From: a virus
Taxonomy: Duplodnaviria; Caudoviricetes
Strand: one strand, 5' to 3'
IMG/VR virus record: IMGVR_UViG_3300010366_000022
Coordinates: 1-39,446 of that record
Length of the DNA stretch: 39,446 bases
Shown in pieces: positions 1 through 7,468 of the stretch; the stretch's first letter is position 1, and each line of letters begins with the position of its first letter. The translations under genes were made by a program, and so were the position numbers. The notes below the pieces were generated by a model that saw only the letters and a list, made by a program, of their open reading frames with translations, was not told the DNA's origin and did no database searches.

Positions 1-18
1 ATGTGAACCGTTTTCATG

Positions 19-56
19 TGGGGTCACGCGCTCACACCCTCGAAGCGATTTTTTCG
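19..56. repeat. terminal direct repeat, left copy (matches 39410-39446)
   Basis: TGGGGTCACGCGCTCACACC(C)TCGAAGCGATTTTTTCG occurs at both window ends with a one-C indel; indicates circular/complete assembly. Confidence 0.9.
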
Positions 57-153
57 GCCGCCCCCGCCCCCACCTGCGATTGCCAACGTGGACGACACAT
101 CACGTTGCGTCGTACGACAACGTGATGTGGCCGGGTCATCCGATCCCCCTCCA

Positions 154-366
154 TCATCGGAGGGGTGCCCCCCCATCCCGTTCGGCCGGGCGCACAACCA
201 TTTCATGTGAACCGTTTTCATGTTCGACCACGCGTAGTTGCACCGGTTCCGACCATACGCGCAATTGGTCGCGTAGTTGTTCGGACACCTGCACCAACAA
301 CGTGTGTGGTGGCAACGCCACCTCGTGCCGTATCCATTGATCGGAGGGGTTACCTAGCATGGGCAT
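154..366 (-). CDS. hypothetical protein (70 aa)
   Basis: Overlaps HNH stop, same strand as operon, genome-typical codon usage. Confidence 0.5.
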   Translation of the reverse strand: MPMLGNPSDQWIRHEVALPPHTLLVQVSEQLRDQLRVWSEPVQLRVVEHENGSHEMVVRPAERDGGAPLR

Positions 367-631
367 CCATCGCCCGGTGGCATGGCCCGCACAACGTCAC
401 GCCCACATGGGGATCATGGTTGCCGGGCACTAGATGGTGGGCGTGCAATCCCGTAGTGGCGCCGCATCGTTGGCACGCCCCGTCCCGTGCGACCACCGCG
501 CGCCGGAACCGCATGTGTGCGGCACGGTCGCGCCCCGACCACGAACCCGCACGCCGATGGCGGGGGCAATACGCGGACGACCCCGTCACCGGGACGCCGC
601 ATCGTGGGCACGTGTGCGCGCGCATGGTCAC
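350..631 (-). CDS. HNH endonuclease (packaging-associated)
   Basis: CQRCG..LHAHH..LCGPCH HNH/zinc motif; upstream of terminase across the circular junction; AAGGAAG RBS. Confidence 0.85.
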   Translation of the reverse strand: MTMRAHTCPRCGVPVTGSSAYCPRHRRAGSWSGRDRAAHMRFRRAVVARDGACQRCGATTGLHAHHLVPGNHDPHVGVTLCGPCHRAMDAHAR

Positions 632-648
632 TTCCTTAGGTCACGGCG

Positions 649-1008
649 TCATCGTGGGACCAACCCGTCCGCGTGCCGCAACATGCCGCGAACCGTCCAC
701 GGTGGCACCACGGTCGAATAGCGAATGGACAACCGCCGTTCCGGTTCGTCGTCGTCGTTCACGGCCACGTGGTCAACGATGATCACGAACCCGAACAACT
801 CATTGGCGTCGATCCCGAATTGGTCCAACACGCCTTGTGCCAACGGATCGACCGTGGGTTCGGAATCGGGCGCGGCGTCCACCACCGGCGCCGACGATTC
901 GGGTTCGGGCGCCGACGCCATCGACGGCGCCACCACCTCATCCGCTTCCGGACGTGATGCGGCACGTTCGCGCCGTGCCTGCGCCCGTGAATGCCGTTTC
1001 CGTTTCAC
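649..1008 (-). CDS. hypothetical protein (119 aa)
   Basis: GGAGGAGG RBS before GTG; protein-like composition. Confidence 0.7.
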   Translation of the reverse strand: MKRKRHSRAQARRERAASRPEADEVVAPSMASAPEPESSAPVVDAAPDSEPTVDPLAQGVLDQFGIDANELFGFVIIVDHVAVNDDDEPERRLSIRYSTVVPPWTVRGMLRHADGLVPR

Positions 1009-1294
1009 GTTCCTCCTCCCCCGCCACGTGTACTTGCAACCGCACCAATCGTGCCCCGGCGAACCGCACCGAAATCTCGTTGGCCGTCAACCGCAATCCC
1101 ACCACGCGACCCGTCAATCCCGATCCGGATACCACCGTGTACCCACGATAATCGCGCCCGTGTGTCGATCGCCGGGCGGCGATGCATTCCCGGCACAACA
1201 CCGACCATTCGTCACGAAACCCGGTGGGGATGAATTTGGCGGTGGGTAGTGAACGGCGACAATCAGGACACCACTTGCGTGCGGCCACGCCCAC
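938..1294 (-). CDS. hypothetical zinc-binding protein
   Basis: WCPDC...LCREC CxxC pair; boundaries uncertain. Confidence 0.5.
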   Translation of the reverse strand: MGVAARKWCPDCRRSLPTAKFIPTGFRDEWSVLCRECIAARRSTHGRDYRGYTVVSGSGLTGRVVGLRLTANEISVRFAGARLVRLQVHVAGEEERETETAFTGAGTARTCRITSGSG

Positions 1295-1345
1295 ACGTCA
1301 ACGGTAACGGTTTCACCGGCGCCCGAACAACGCGACAACTGACAG

Positions 1346-1434
1346 GCCCGTCACCTCGAACCCGGCGCGGTGGTTAGCCCATCGCAGCGCCACCGGCACC
1401 GCCAGAAGAGGTCAAGCAGGCGCGGCTTAGCCAA
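1346..1434 (-). pseudogene. frameshifted N-terminal remnant of a C5 DNA cytosine methyltransferase
   Basis: Removing two single-base insertions (TGGC>TGC, TAAC>TAC) gives MAKPRLLDLFCGAGGAAMGYHRAGFEVTG = motif I (FxGxG); GGAGG RBS; no continuation. Confidence 0.75.
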
Positions 1435-1456
1435 CCCGCCTCCAGTTTCGAGCTGC

Positions 1457-1675
1457 TCAGCCACGTACTCGGTGTCGCCGCCAGCCGTTGCCGATGTAGG
1501 TGGTACCGCATCCCTGACACACGTACTCGGCGACGACCTCGCATCCCGGCGGCAGCGGGTTTGGGTCATTGACGGTGGTGACGATGCGGCCGCAGCGCAG
1601 CCCGAACAGGCACGGCCACACGCGTCGGCGGGCGAGCCAGTTCAGCTCAGTAGACACGCGATTCGAACTCGACAT
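1457..1675 (-). CDS. hypothetical protein in compositional island
   Basis: 72 aa ORF with YVCQGCG; AG/CT-rich unlike the rest of the genome. Confidence 0.4.
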   Translation of the reverse strand: MSSSNRVSTELNWLARRRVWPCLFGLRCGRIVTTVNDPNPLPPGCEVVAEYVCQGCGTTYIGNGWRRHRVRG

Positions 1676-1747
1676 TCAGCCGCTCCTGCAAGCGCCCGAC
1701 ACTGCACGCTTGCCACCCTCATCGCCGCCTTCGGCATGTCCACGACC

Positions 1748-2104
1748 CTACAACGGTTGCGCTTCCCGCCACAATGTGGCCCATTGTTGCGGTGTCAGGC
1801 AGGCACGCCACACACCGCCACGTAGACGCACGAACGCAGTGGCGAACAACGCGTCCGCCCGTTCGCGTTGGTGTTCGGCGTCCAACGGTTTTTGCCGCAC
1901 GGCGCGTAGTGCGTCCGACCAATTGGCCACTTGCACCACCGTGTTGGGCACACCGGTGATGTCACCCATGTCGTCGGCACGCCCGGCACCGAACGCACGC
2001 CGGATGCCCAACAACCCCAATTCGGACGCGATGATGCGTTCGATCTCCAATTCGGCGCGGTCGCCTTTGCGTTTGGACGCACCCGTCACGGCAACCGCCG
2101 CCAC
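1748..2104 (-). CDS. Holliday junction resolvase-like PD-(D/E)XK nuclease
   Basis: SKRKGDRAELE...DMGDITG..VVQV pattern of phage Hjc-type resolvases. Confidence 0.75.
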   Translation of the reverse strand: MAAVAVTGASKRKGDRAELEIERIIASELGLLGIRRAFGAGRADDMGDITGVPNTVVQVANWSDALRAVRQKPLDAEHQRERADALFATAFVRLRGGVWRACLTPQQWATLWREAQPL

Positions 2105-2436
2105 CGGATCGTGACCACACCGGCGGTCGTCATGTGCAACCGCTCCGCCATTTGCGTGGACAAATCAAACCGGCGTCCGGGCACATACGGCCCGGTGTCG
2201 GCCCGGCGTCCCCATACGCACCGCCGGTGCCAGCAAAACCGAATGCGCATCCCACACGGCACCGACCGGCTAGCGAACGTGTGCGCGCCCAACCGATGCA
2301 ACCCGTTCCCGCACCATCCCAATTCGCCCCCGTAGAACGACGCCACCGCGTGGTGCCAATGCCGAACCGCCGACGACGCCACGGTCACCAACGTGGCCGC
2401 GATCGTGGTCACGAACATGACGACGGCGCGGATCAT
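2086..2436 (-). CDS. RlpA-like double-psi beta-barrel protein with signal peptide
   Basis: Hydrophobic N-terminus; ASFYG...ASRSVPCG...DTGPYVPGRRFDLS motifs of the RlpA/DPBB family. Confidence 0.8.
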   Translation of the reverse strand: MIRAVVMFVTTIAATLVTVASSAVRHWHHAVASFYGGELGWCGNGLHRLGAHTFASRSVPCGMRIRFCWHRRCVWGRRADTGPYVPGRRFDLSTQMAERLHMTTAGVVTIRWRRLP

Positions 2437-2642
2437 TCGAACCCCAATTGCCCGGCGGCGACACCTTTGCGTTCCCGTTCAACGCATGGCGTACACGCCC
2501 ACCGTTGTTGCGGCCGTCGCAACGCCAACGCGTGTAACCCGCCTTCGTCGCGCGGTTGTTCCCACCCGTGGACGAATCGCCACGTGCGCATGTGATCCGG
2601 GTCCAACCATTCGTTGCAGAAATAACAGCGGACGATTTTCAT
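2433..2642 (-). CDS. hypothetical zinc-finger protein
   Basis: CYFC...CTPC; GGGGAGG RBS; overlaps next start. Confidence 0.65.
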   Translation of the reverse strand: MKIVRCYFCNEWLDPDHMRTWRFVHGWEQPRDEGGLHALALRRPQQRWACTPCVERERKGVAAGQLGFE

Positions 2643-2653
2643 GGGTGACCTCC

Positions 2654-2899
2654 CTAGAAGTCGAGGCCGTCGTCACGTTCGACCTCATCGTGTTGGTGGC
2701 AGGTGATGGATTGGCACACGCCGTCCCCAATCGGGCCGTCGATCACGATGTGGCGTTTGTACGCCGCCGCGATCCGTTTGGCGCGACGGGCGCATTCGTC
2801 ACACATGCGCACCCGTGGGCGTAGCGGGCGCCCGACGTCGAACACGTCGTACAACGGTTGCGAATCGCGGCAGACCGTCTCACCGTCCTGCCAACTCAT
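2654..2899 (-). CDS. hypothetical protein
   Basis: ATG at 2899 overlapping upstream stop; CDEC and C-x3-C motifs. Confidence 0.6.
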   Translation of the reverse strand: MSWQDGETVCRDSQPLYDVFDVGRPLRPRVRMCDECARRAKRIAAAYKRHIVIDGPIGDGVCQSITCHQHDEVERDDGLDF

Positions 2900-3024
2900 C
2901 GCCCGTCCCTCCGCTTGCGCCATTCTCTGAGGTCGGTAACGACCATGTATCCGATAAGCGGGACGGCCACGAAGAAGACCACGACCGTCATGGCAATCCC
3001 GAAAACAAGGTCAGCCATCATCAT
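2896..3024 (-). CDS. small membrane protein
   Basis: MMMADLVFGIAMTVVVFFVAVPLIGYMVV single hydrophobic segment; coupled start/stop. Confidence 0.55.
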   Translation of the reverse strand: MMMADLVFGIAMTVVVFFVAVPLIGYMVVTDLREWRKRRDGR

Positions 3025-3152
3025 TCCCGCGGTTCCCATCCCGTGGCGCGCCGTTGATGCCGCGTCCACCACCACGACGCCACCGTAAACGTAACCGGAG
3101 TCAACGCAATCCCGCACACGACGCCCAACACGTACGACCACCACGTGATCAC
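3021..3152 (-). CDS. small membrane protein (43 aa, not in ORF track)
   Basis: GTG overlapping the glycosyltransferase stop; MITWWSYVLGVVCGIALTPVTFTVASWWW... Confidence 0.5.
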   Translation of the reverse strand: MITWWSYVLGVVCGIALTPVTFTVASWWWTRHQRRATGWEPRE

Positions 3153-4453
3153 ACCATTTCCAATTGTTGCGGCGCCGGTTCCGGTTCCACCAAATCGATG
3201 CCGTCACAACGCAACCGGTGACGGTACGGCGTCCACGGAACTCGTGGCCCACCCCAACCCATCGCTTTGGTCAGCGCGGCCTTAGACGGGCGCACATGCG
3301 CCCGCGCCATGCGACGCAACCGTTCGTACGTGGGCGTGACCGTGGCCACGGGAATGGCGGCAATCGCACGGTCGAACATGGCGTTGATGGGTTTGATCAT
3401 GTCCACCCACGCGTACCGGCGCGCCACCCCGCGGGCGATGTCTTCGATCGCCCATTCGTTGCGATTGTCCACCACCGATTCGATCAACCGGCCCATGTCG
3501 GCGTCGTCGTCGTACAACCACGGGTACGCCGGACCGACCATTTCCGGGTAGCACAACCGGTTCGGCAACACGTACGGCACACCCACCGACAACCCGTCCA
3601 TGACCGCCACCGACCACGCCGAATAGGTACGAAACGCGCCCACTCCCACGTTCGCGCGCGACAGTTCCCGTAGGTAGTCGTCACGGGTGGTGGCATGAAT
3701 GCGCGTGGCCCACGGCGCGTCCACGTTGGTCAACGTGAACGCCACCCGGAAATCGTGGCGCCGTTTCCACATGGAATCGAACATCTGGCACGCGGCCGGA
3801 AACCCGGTGTAGGAATTCGCACGGTGGTTGAACACCACCAACCCGTGTTCCATCGGTTCGGGCACGATCGTCAACGGATCGACACCCAAATGCTGCACCG
3901 ACAACCGCGTGGCCAACGACGCCACCAACGGCGGCGCCACCACGTGCGACGCGCGGTCGATGACCAAATCCCGCAACCACGTGGAGTTGACCCCACATTC
4001 GCGCATGGCCAAAATCCCGTGCAAATTGGCGGGCAACATCGTCTCCGCGTACGCGGAGTTCTCGGCCACTTCGAACCAATGCGCGTATCCGACGATCACC
4101 GGCCGTTCGTTGGTGGCGTTGGCGAACACGTTGGCGATTTGCAGCGTGTGTTCGGGTAGATGCGACCACACGACGTCGTACGACCGCGCCCGCCAATCGA
4201 TCGCACGCACGAACGTGGGCGCATCGAACGACGTGCGCATGGTGTTGGGATAACGTGGCAACGGGTAGTGGACGTGGCGAACGTTGGGAAACCGCAGCGA
4301 CCGCACCGGTTCCGGCAGCAACATGGTGAATTCCAAATCGTCGCGCACGGCGTTCAACGCCCGGATCATCGACCGCACCGCCACCACGTACGAATCGGCA
4401 CCCAAATCGCGCCCGTACGTGATGTTCGGATACACCAAAACTTGGTAGGTCAC
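3149..4453 (-). CDS. GT-B fold glycosyltransferase (possible DNA modification)
   Basis: 434 aa; DVVWSHLPEH, VVFNHR, WSVAVMDGLSVGVPYVLPNRLCYPEMVG resemble GT4-type C-terminal nucleotide-sugar binding region; coupled to Mom-like gene. Confidence 0.8.
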   Translation of the reverse strand: MTYQVLVYPNITYGRDLGADSYVVAVRSMIRALNAVRDDLEFTMLLPEPVRSLRFPNVRHVHYPLPRYPNTMRTSFDAPTFVRAIDWRARSYDVVWSHLPEHTLQIANVFANATNERPVIVGYAHWFEVAENSAYAETMLPANLHGILAMRECGVNSTWLRDLVIDRASHVVAPPLVASLATRLSVQHLGVDPLTIVPEPMEHGLVVFNHRANSYTGFPAACQMFDSMWKRRHDFRVAFTLTNVDAPWATRIHATTRDDYLRELSRANVGVGAFRTYSAWSVAVMDGLSVGVPYVLPNRLCYPEMVGPAYPWLYDDDADMGRLIESVVDNRNEWAIEDIARGVARRYAWVDMIKPINAMFDRAIAAIPVATVTPTYERLRRMARAHVRPSKAALTKAMGWGGPRVPWTPYRHRLRCDGIDLVEPEPAPQQLEMV

Positions 4454-5322
4454 GCGTCACCGCGTTTCGGATACGGCTTCGTATGTGGCGCCAACGCTTT
4501 GATGATCGCACGCCGTGAACGCCGATCACCGATGGGCAACACGTAACAATGTTTCCGGGTGTTCATGTCCGCCACTTTCACTAGTTCATGCCCGCGTTCC
4601 GCAACCAACCGGAACGCCTCGTTGCTTTGTGTCCCGACCCACGCTACCAAACTGCGGGGATGGAACGGTCGGCCGTCCAATAGGTAGCCGGGGCGCGCAT
4701 CGGACACGCCCACGTACACGGCGTTGACTGCTTGATAGATGCCGCCGTGATGCCCGGCGCCCGTGTCGGCGTACGAAAACACCCACGCGATCCCGGTGGC
4801 CGCGACCACCCGGTTCGCCGCCGCCACCAACCGCGAAGTGGTGAACCGCGGCGCCGACGGATGCACCGCCACGCGCGCGATTTCGATGTTGCCCGGCCAC
4901 GCGGTCAACCCGTATTTCTTCGCCACACCGTGCGCGTTGGTGGGTTGGGCGTACACGACCACGCCTACCATGTCGGGCGCGAACGCGGCGATGCGGTGGC
5001 ACGCGCCCGCGGGCATCCCGCCCAAATAGTGGTACCGGCCGATCCATTGTTCGGCGGTGTAGTGGGACACATCCCGCAACACCCACGGGCGGGCAAAATC
5101 GGGGTCGTCCAACGCGAACAACGCCCCATCCGGCGGTGACACCGGGACGACGACCGGTTCGGGCACCGGTGCCACCACCACCGGGACGTCCCCGTCCCAC
5201 AACGGCATTTGCTCATAGCGGGCCGATGGAATCGAACCATCACCTCGGGACGTGGCACGCCCGTGTGCTGACCACTTACACCCGGCCCGCCCGCAAATGG
5301 GGACCGATTCCGCGCACCGCAC
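4450..5322 (-). CDS. mom: Mom-family (GNAT-fold) DNA adenine modification protein; start 5322 (GTG) or 5208 (ATG)
   Basis: RYHYLG, EIARV, SYADTGAGHHGGIYQAVN.VYVG and terminal PYPK motifs typical of Mom-like proteins. Confidence 0.85.
   Translation of the reverse strand: MRCAESVPICGRAGCKWSAHGRATSRGDGSIPSARYEQMPLWDGDVPVVVAPVPEPVVVPVSPPDGALFALDDPDFARPWVLRDVSHYTAEQWIGRYHYLGGMPAGACHRIAAFAPDMVGVVVYAQPTNAHGVAKKYGLTAWPGNIEIARVAVHPSAPRFTTSRLVAAANRVVAATGIAWVFSYADTGAGHHGGIYQAVNAVYVGVSDARPGYLLDGRPFHPRSLVAWVGTQSNEAFRLVAERGHELVKVADMNTRKHCYVLPIGDRRSRRAIIKALAPHTKPYPKRGDA
5217..5290 (-). tRNA. atypical tRNA-Gly(GCC)-like element, CCA not encoded
   Basis: GCGGGCC GG GTGT AAGTGGTCA GCAC A CGGGC GTGCCAC GTCCC GAGGT GATGG TTCGATT CCATC GGCCCGC T: 7-bp acceptor, D-arm with GG, GCC anticodon, perfect T-arm, U73. 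Confidence 0.8.
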
Positions 5323-5350
5323 GACCGGGCCACACGAAACCGGTCCCCAT
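5297..5350 (-). promoter_or_regulatory. 18-bp RNA hairpin immediately 5' of the tRNA-like element
   Basis: ATGGGGACCGGTTTCGTG pairs with CGCGGAATCGGTCCCCAT (3 G-U on minus strand). Confidence 0.6.
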
Positions 5351-5688
5351 CACCATGGTGGCATATCGATCGAACGGTTCACCCGCGACGCGATCCCGCG
5401 GATGCGTTCCACGTTGGCCACCCGTTCCGCATCGGTCAACGCCGGTTCGGGCAACGCCCGTCGTGACGTCCACCGGCGCGCCACCGCGTACGTGTCGCGG
5501 ATGGCGGACACGGACGGAAACCGGTGGTCCCGTTCGATGATGACGTCAATCGCCGTCCGCGCCGCGTCCGCATCCGACAACCGCACCAAATGGTGGACGT
5601 ACACGTCCACGGTTTCGGCGGAAATCGTCATCCACGGATACGCCGCGCACAATCGCGCCACGATCTCAATCGCGTCCGAATTGTTCAC
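5350..5688 (-). CDS. replicative helicase loader/inhibitor-like protein
   Basis: IVARLCAAYP...AIDVII...RFPSVSAIR pattern of G39P-like phage proteins following replisome genes; AGGAGG RBS. Confidence 0.6.
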   Translation of the reverse strand: MNNSDAIEIVARLCAAYPWMTISAETVDVYVHHLVRLSDADAARTAIDVIIERDHRFPSVSAIRDTYAVARRWTSRRALPEPALTDAERVANVERIRGIASRVNRSIDMPPW

Positions 5689-6052
5689 GCCGTCGTGCCT
5701 CCTGTGCGAGGTTCAACAAGGTTGACGCGGTGACCCCACGACTAGGGATCGGCGTTACCACCCGCGCCCAATTGGTGGCCAACGCGGTCGGGGTCAATTC
5801 CATCGTCGGCCATCGTTGCCGGTACAAATCCGCACGAACGGGGATTTCACGTGCCAACATCGCATCTGCCGCATCCCACCCATCGTTCGTCACCACCCGG
5901 ACGTAGTCGGGATGGGATCGCAACGTGCGCAACGCCTGATTGATACGCCCCCGTTCCAAATGCGGGTCGCACCCGCACGCCGCCACCATCGCTTCCCACG
6001 CAACGTCACGTCGTCGTGGCGGGGTTGGTTTTGGCTCTAGTCCCGACATCAT
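5666..6052 (-). CDS. replisome organiser C-terminal-like protein
   Basis: LTPTALATNWARV resembles C-terminus of phage replication initiators; precedes loader-like gene; AAGGA before ATG. Confidence 0.5.
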   Translation of the reverse strand: MMSGLEPKPTPPRRRDVAWEAMVAACGCDPHLERGRINQALRTLRSHPDYVRVVTNDGWDAADAMLAREIPVRADLYRQRWPTMELTPTALATNWARVVTPIPSRGVTASTLLNLAQEARRREQFGRD

Positions 6053-6495
6053 CCTTCGTTGCTCTTGGGCGCCGGGCACGCGTGCCCGGCCGCGGGGGTG
6101 TGGGGGTGCGAAACCCCCACGGTTTGGTTTTTGGATTGGTTGTTCAAGGAGAAACCCCCTTCCGCCGGTGCGTGATTTTGGTGCCGAACCCGCGCCCCGC
6201 CGCCCAATGTTCGCCGCCAGGCCGGACGCCCCCGGACGCCCCCTTCACACGCCCGGACGGGATAACGGGTCATCGGCTTTTGCGGCCGATGCCGCCCGTG
6301 CATCATCGCCGTTGGCGCCGCCGTTTCTGACACCGTGAACATTCGGTGCCCGTCCATTGGGTACGAAACGGCCGGTGGCATCGCCAACACGTGGCGTCGT
6401 GCCATGACGTTCGGTAGTGCCGTATGCCGGTCATGCTCGACCGCCGACCGGCGGATGCGATAGCGTGTGGCTACCTAGTCCCATAGGTGTTGGAC

Positions 6496-6535
6496 ACTAA
6501 CGGGGTTGGCGGTTTCGTGCCGCCGCCCCGTTAGT
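6496..6535 (-). terminator. strong hairpin after RHH gene
   Basis: ACTAACGGGG...CCCCGTTAGT outer stem with inner GGCGG/CCGCC; no U-tract on minus strand. Confidence 0.4.
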
Positions 6536-6546
6536 CGTTTTTGCCG

Positions 6547-6855
6547 CTAGTTGCGGACCAAACGTCGGGTCAGGATCACCCGTAGTTGGTCGCGGCGCGA
6601 ATGCCGGTACTCCGCCGCCCGGTGCCACAACGCCCGGTCGATGTCCGCGGGCACGCGCATGAACAACTGTCCGTTGCCGGGCGGGTCGTCGGATGGGGTG
6701 CGGTTGTGGCCCAACCGGGCCTCCAACCCGAATTCGTCTGCTAGTTCCGTGACCACCACGTTTTTGACCGACGTGCGATTGGCGCGGGCACGTTCGATCA
6801 ACGCCCGTTTGACCGTCGGGCCGATGGCGAAATTCCAAACCGGGTCACCCATCAT
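6547..6855 (-). CDS. tandem ribbon-helix-helix (Arc-like) DNA-binding protein
   Basis: Two beta-helix-helix-like units: WNFAIGPTVKRALIERARANRTSVKNVV and LFMRVPADIDRALWHRAAEYRHSRRDQL. Confidence 0.6.
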   Translation of the reverse strand: MMGDPVWNFAIGPTVKRALIERARANRTSVKNVVVTELADEFGLEARLGHNRTPSDDPPGNGQLFMRVPADIDRALWHRAAEYRHSRRDQLRVILTRRLVRN

Positions 6856-7468
6856 GGGATAGCTCCTTCACTGCTTGCGCGCGGTTCATGGTCGTGAACG
6901 ACAACGCGATCACGCACGCGTGGTAGCGGCGTAACCGGGACGTGGCGTCAGTGAACCCAAAATCGTCCGCCAACGCATCGACCAACGTGTCCAACACGTC
7001 GGCGCCACGTTCGGCATCGTCGGGCACCACCAACGTCCACGTGGTTTTGCGCCGGGCGGGTAACGGGTCGGCGTCCGGCGTCGGTTCCACCGTTTTGACC
7101 TCCCGGCGGCACCGGGCGCACAACACGGGGTCGTGCGGGTAGTGGCGGTCCAACCACCACCGGCCGCGTTTGGCGTACACGTATTGCGTTTCCGCCGGTG
7201 ACAACGAACCACGGATGGCGGACGCGATCGCTTCCCATCCCGGCGTGTGCGTGGTGATGGCGCCGTGGCACCCGGTCGTTCCGGTCCCGCACAACGGAAT
7301 CACGTTGGCGGGCACGTCGTCGCCGCGTTGCCCACGCGGGACCACGTGATGGAACGACGACGCCGGACCGCCGCACCCACGGCACGGTCCCGTTTTGGCC
7401 AACACGATCGCGTCCCATTCGTCGCGTTCGGCTACGTGCCGCGGCACGGGTTTCGGGTCGGTGGTCAC
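6845..7468 (-). CDS. HNH endonuclease domain protein
   Basis: CRGCG...FHHVVPR...NVIPLCGTGTTGCH; GTG overlapping upstream stop. Confidence 0.75.
   Translation of the reverse strand: MTTDPKPVPRHVAERDEWDAIVLAKTGPCRGCGGPASSFHHVVPRGQRGDDVPANVIPLCGTGTTGCHGAITTHTPGWEAIASAIRGSLSPAETQYVYAKRGRWWLDRHYPHDPVLCARCRREVKTVEPTPDADPLPARRKTTWTLVVPDDAERGADVLDTLVDALADDFGFTDATSRLRRYHACVIALSFTTMNRAQAVKELSHDG

Noticed and set aside
1-19. Duplicate of 205-223 at the contig start
   Set aside because: Lies outside the terminal overlap at the extreme end; most likely an assembly artefact.
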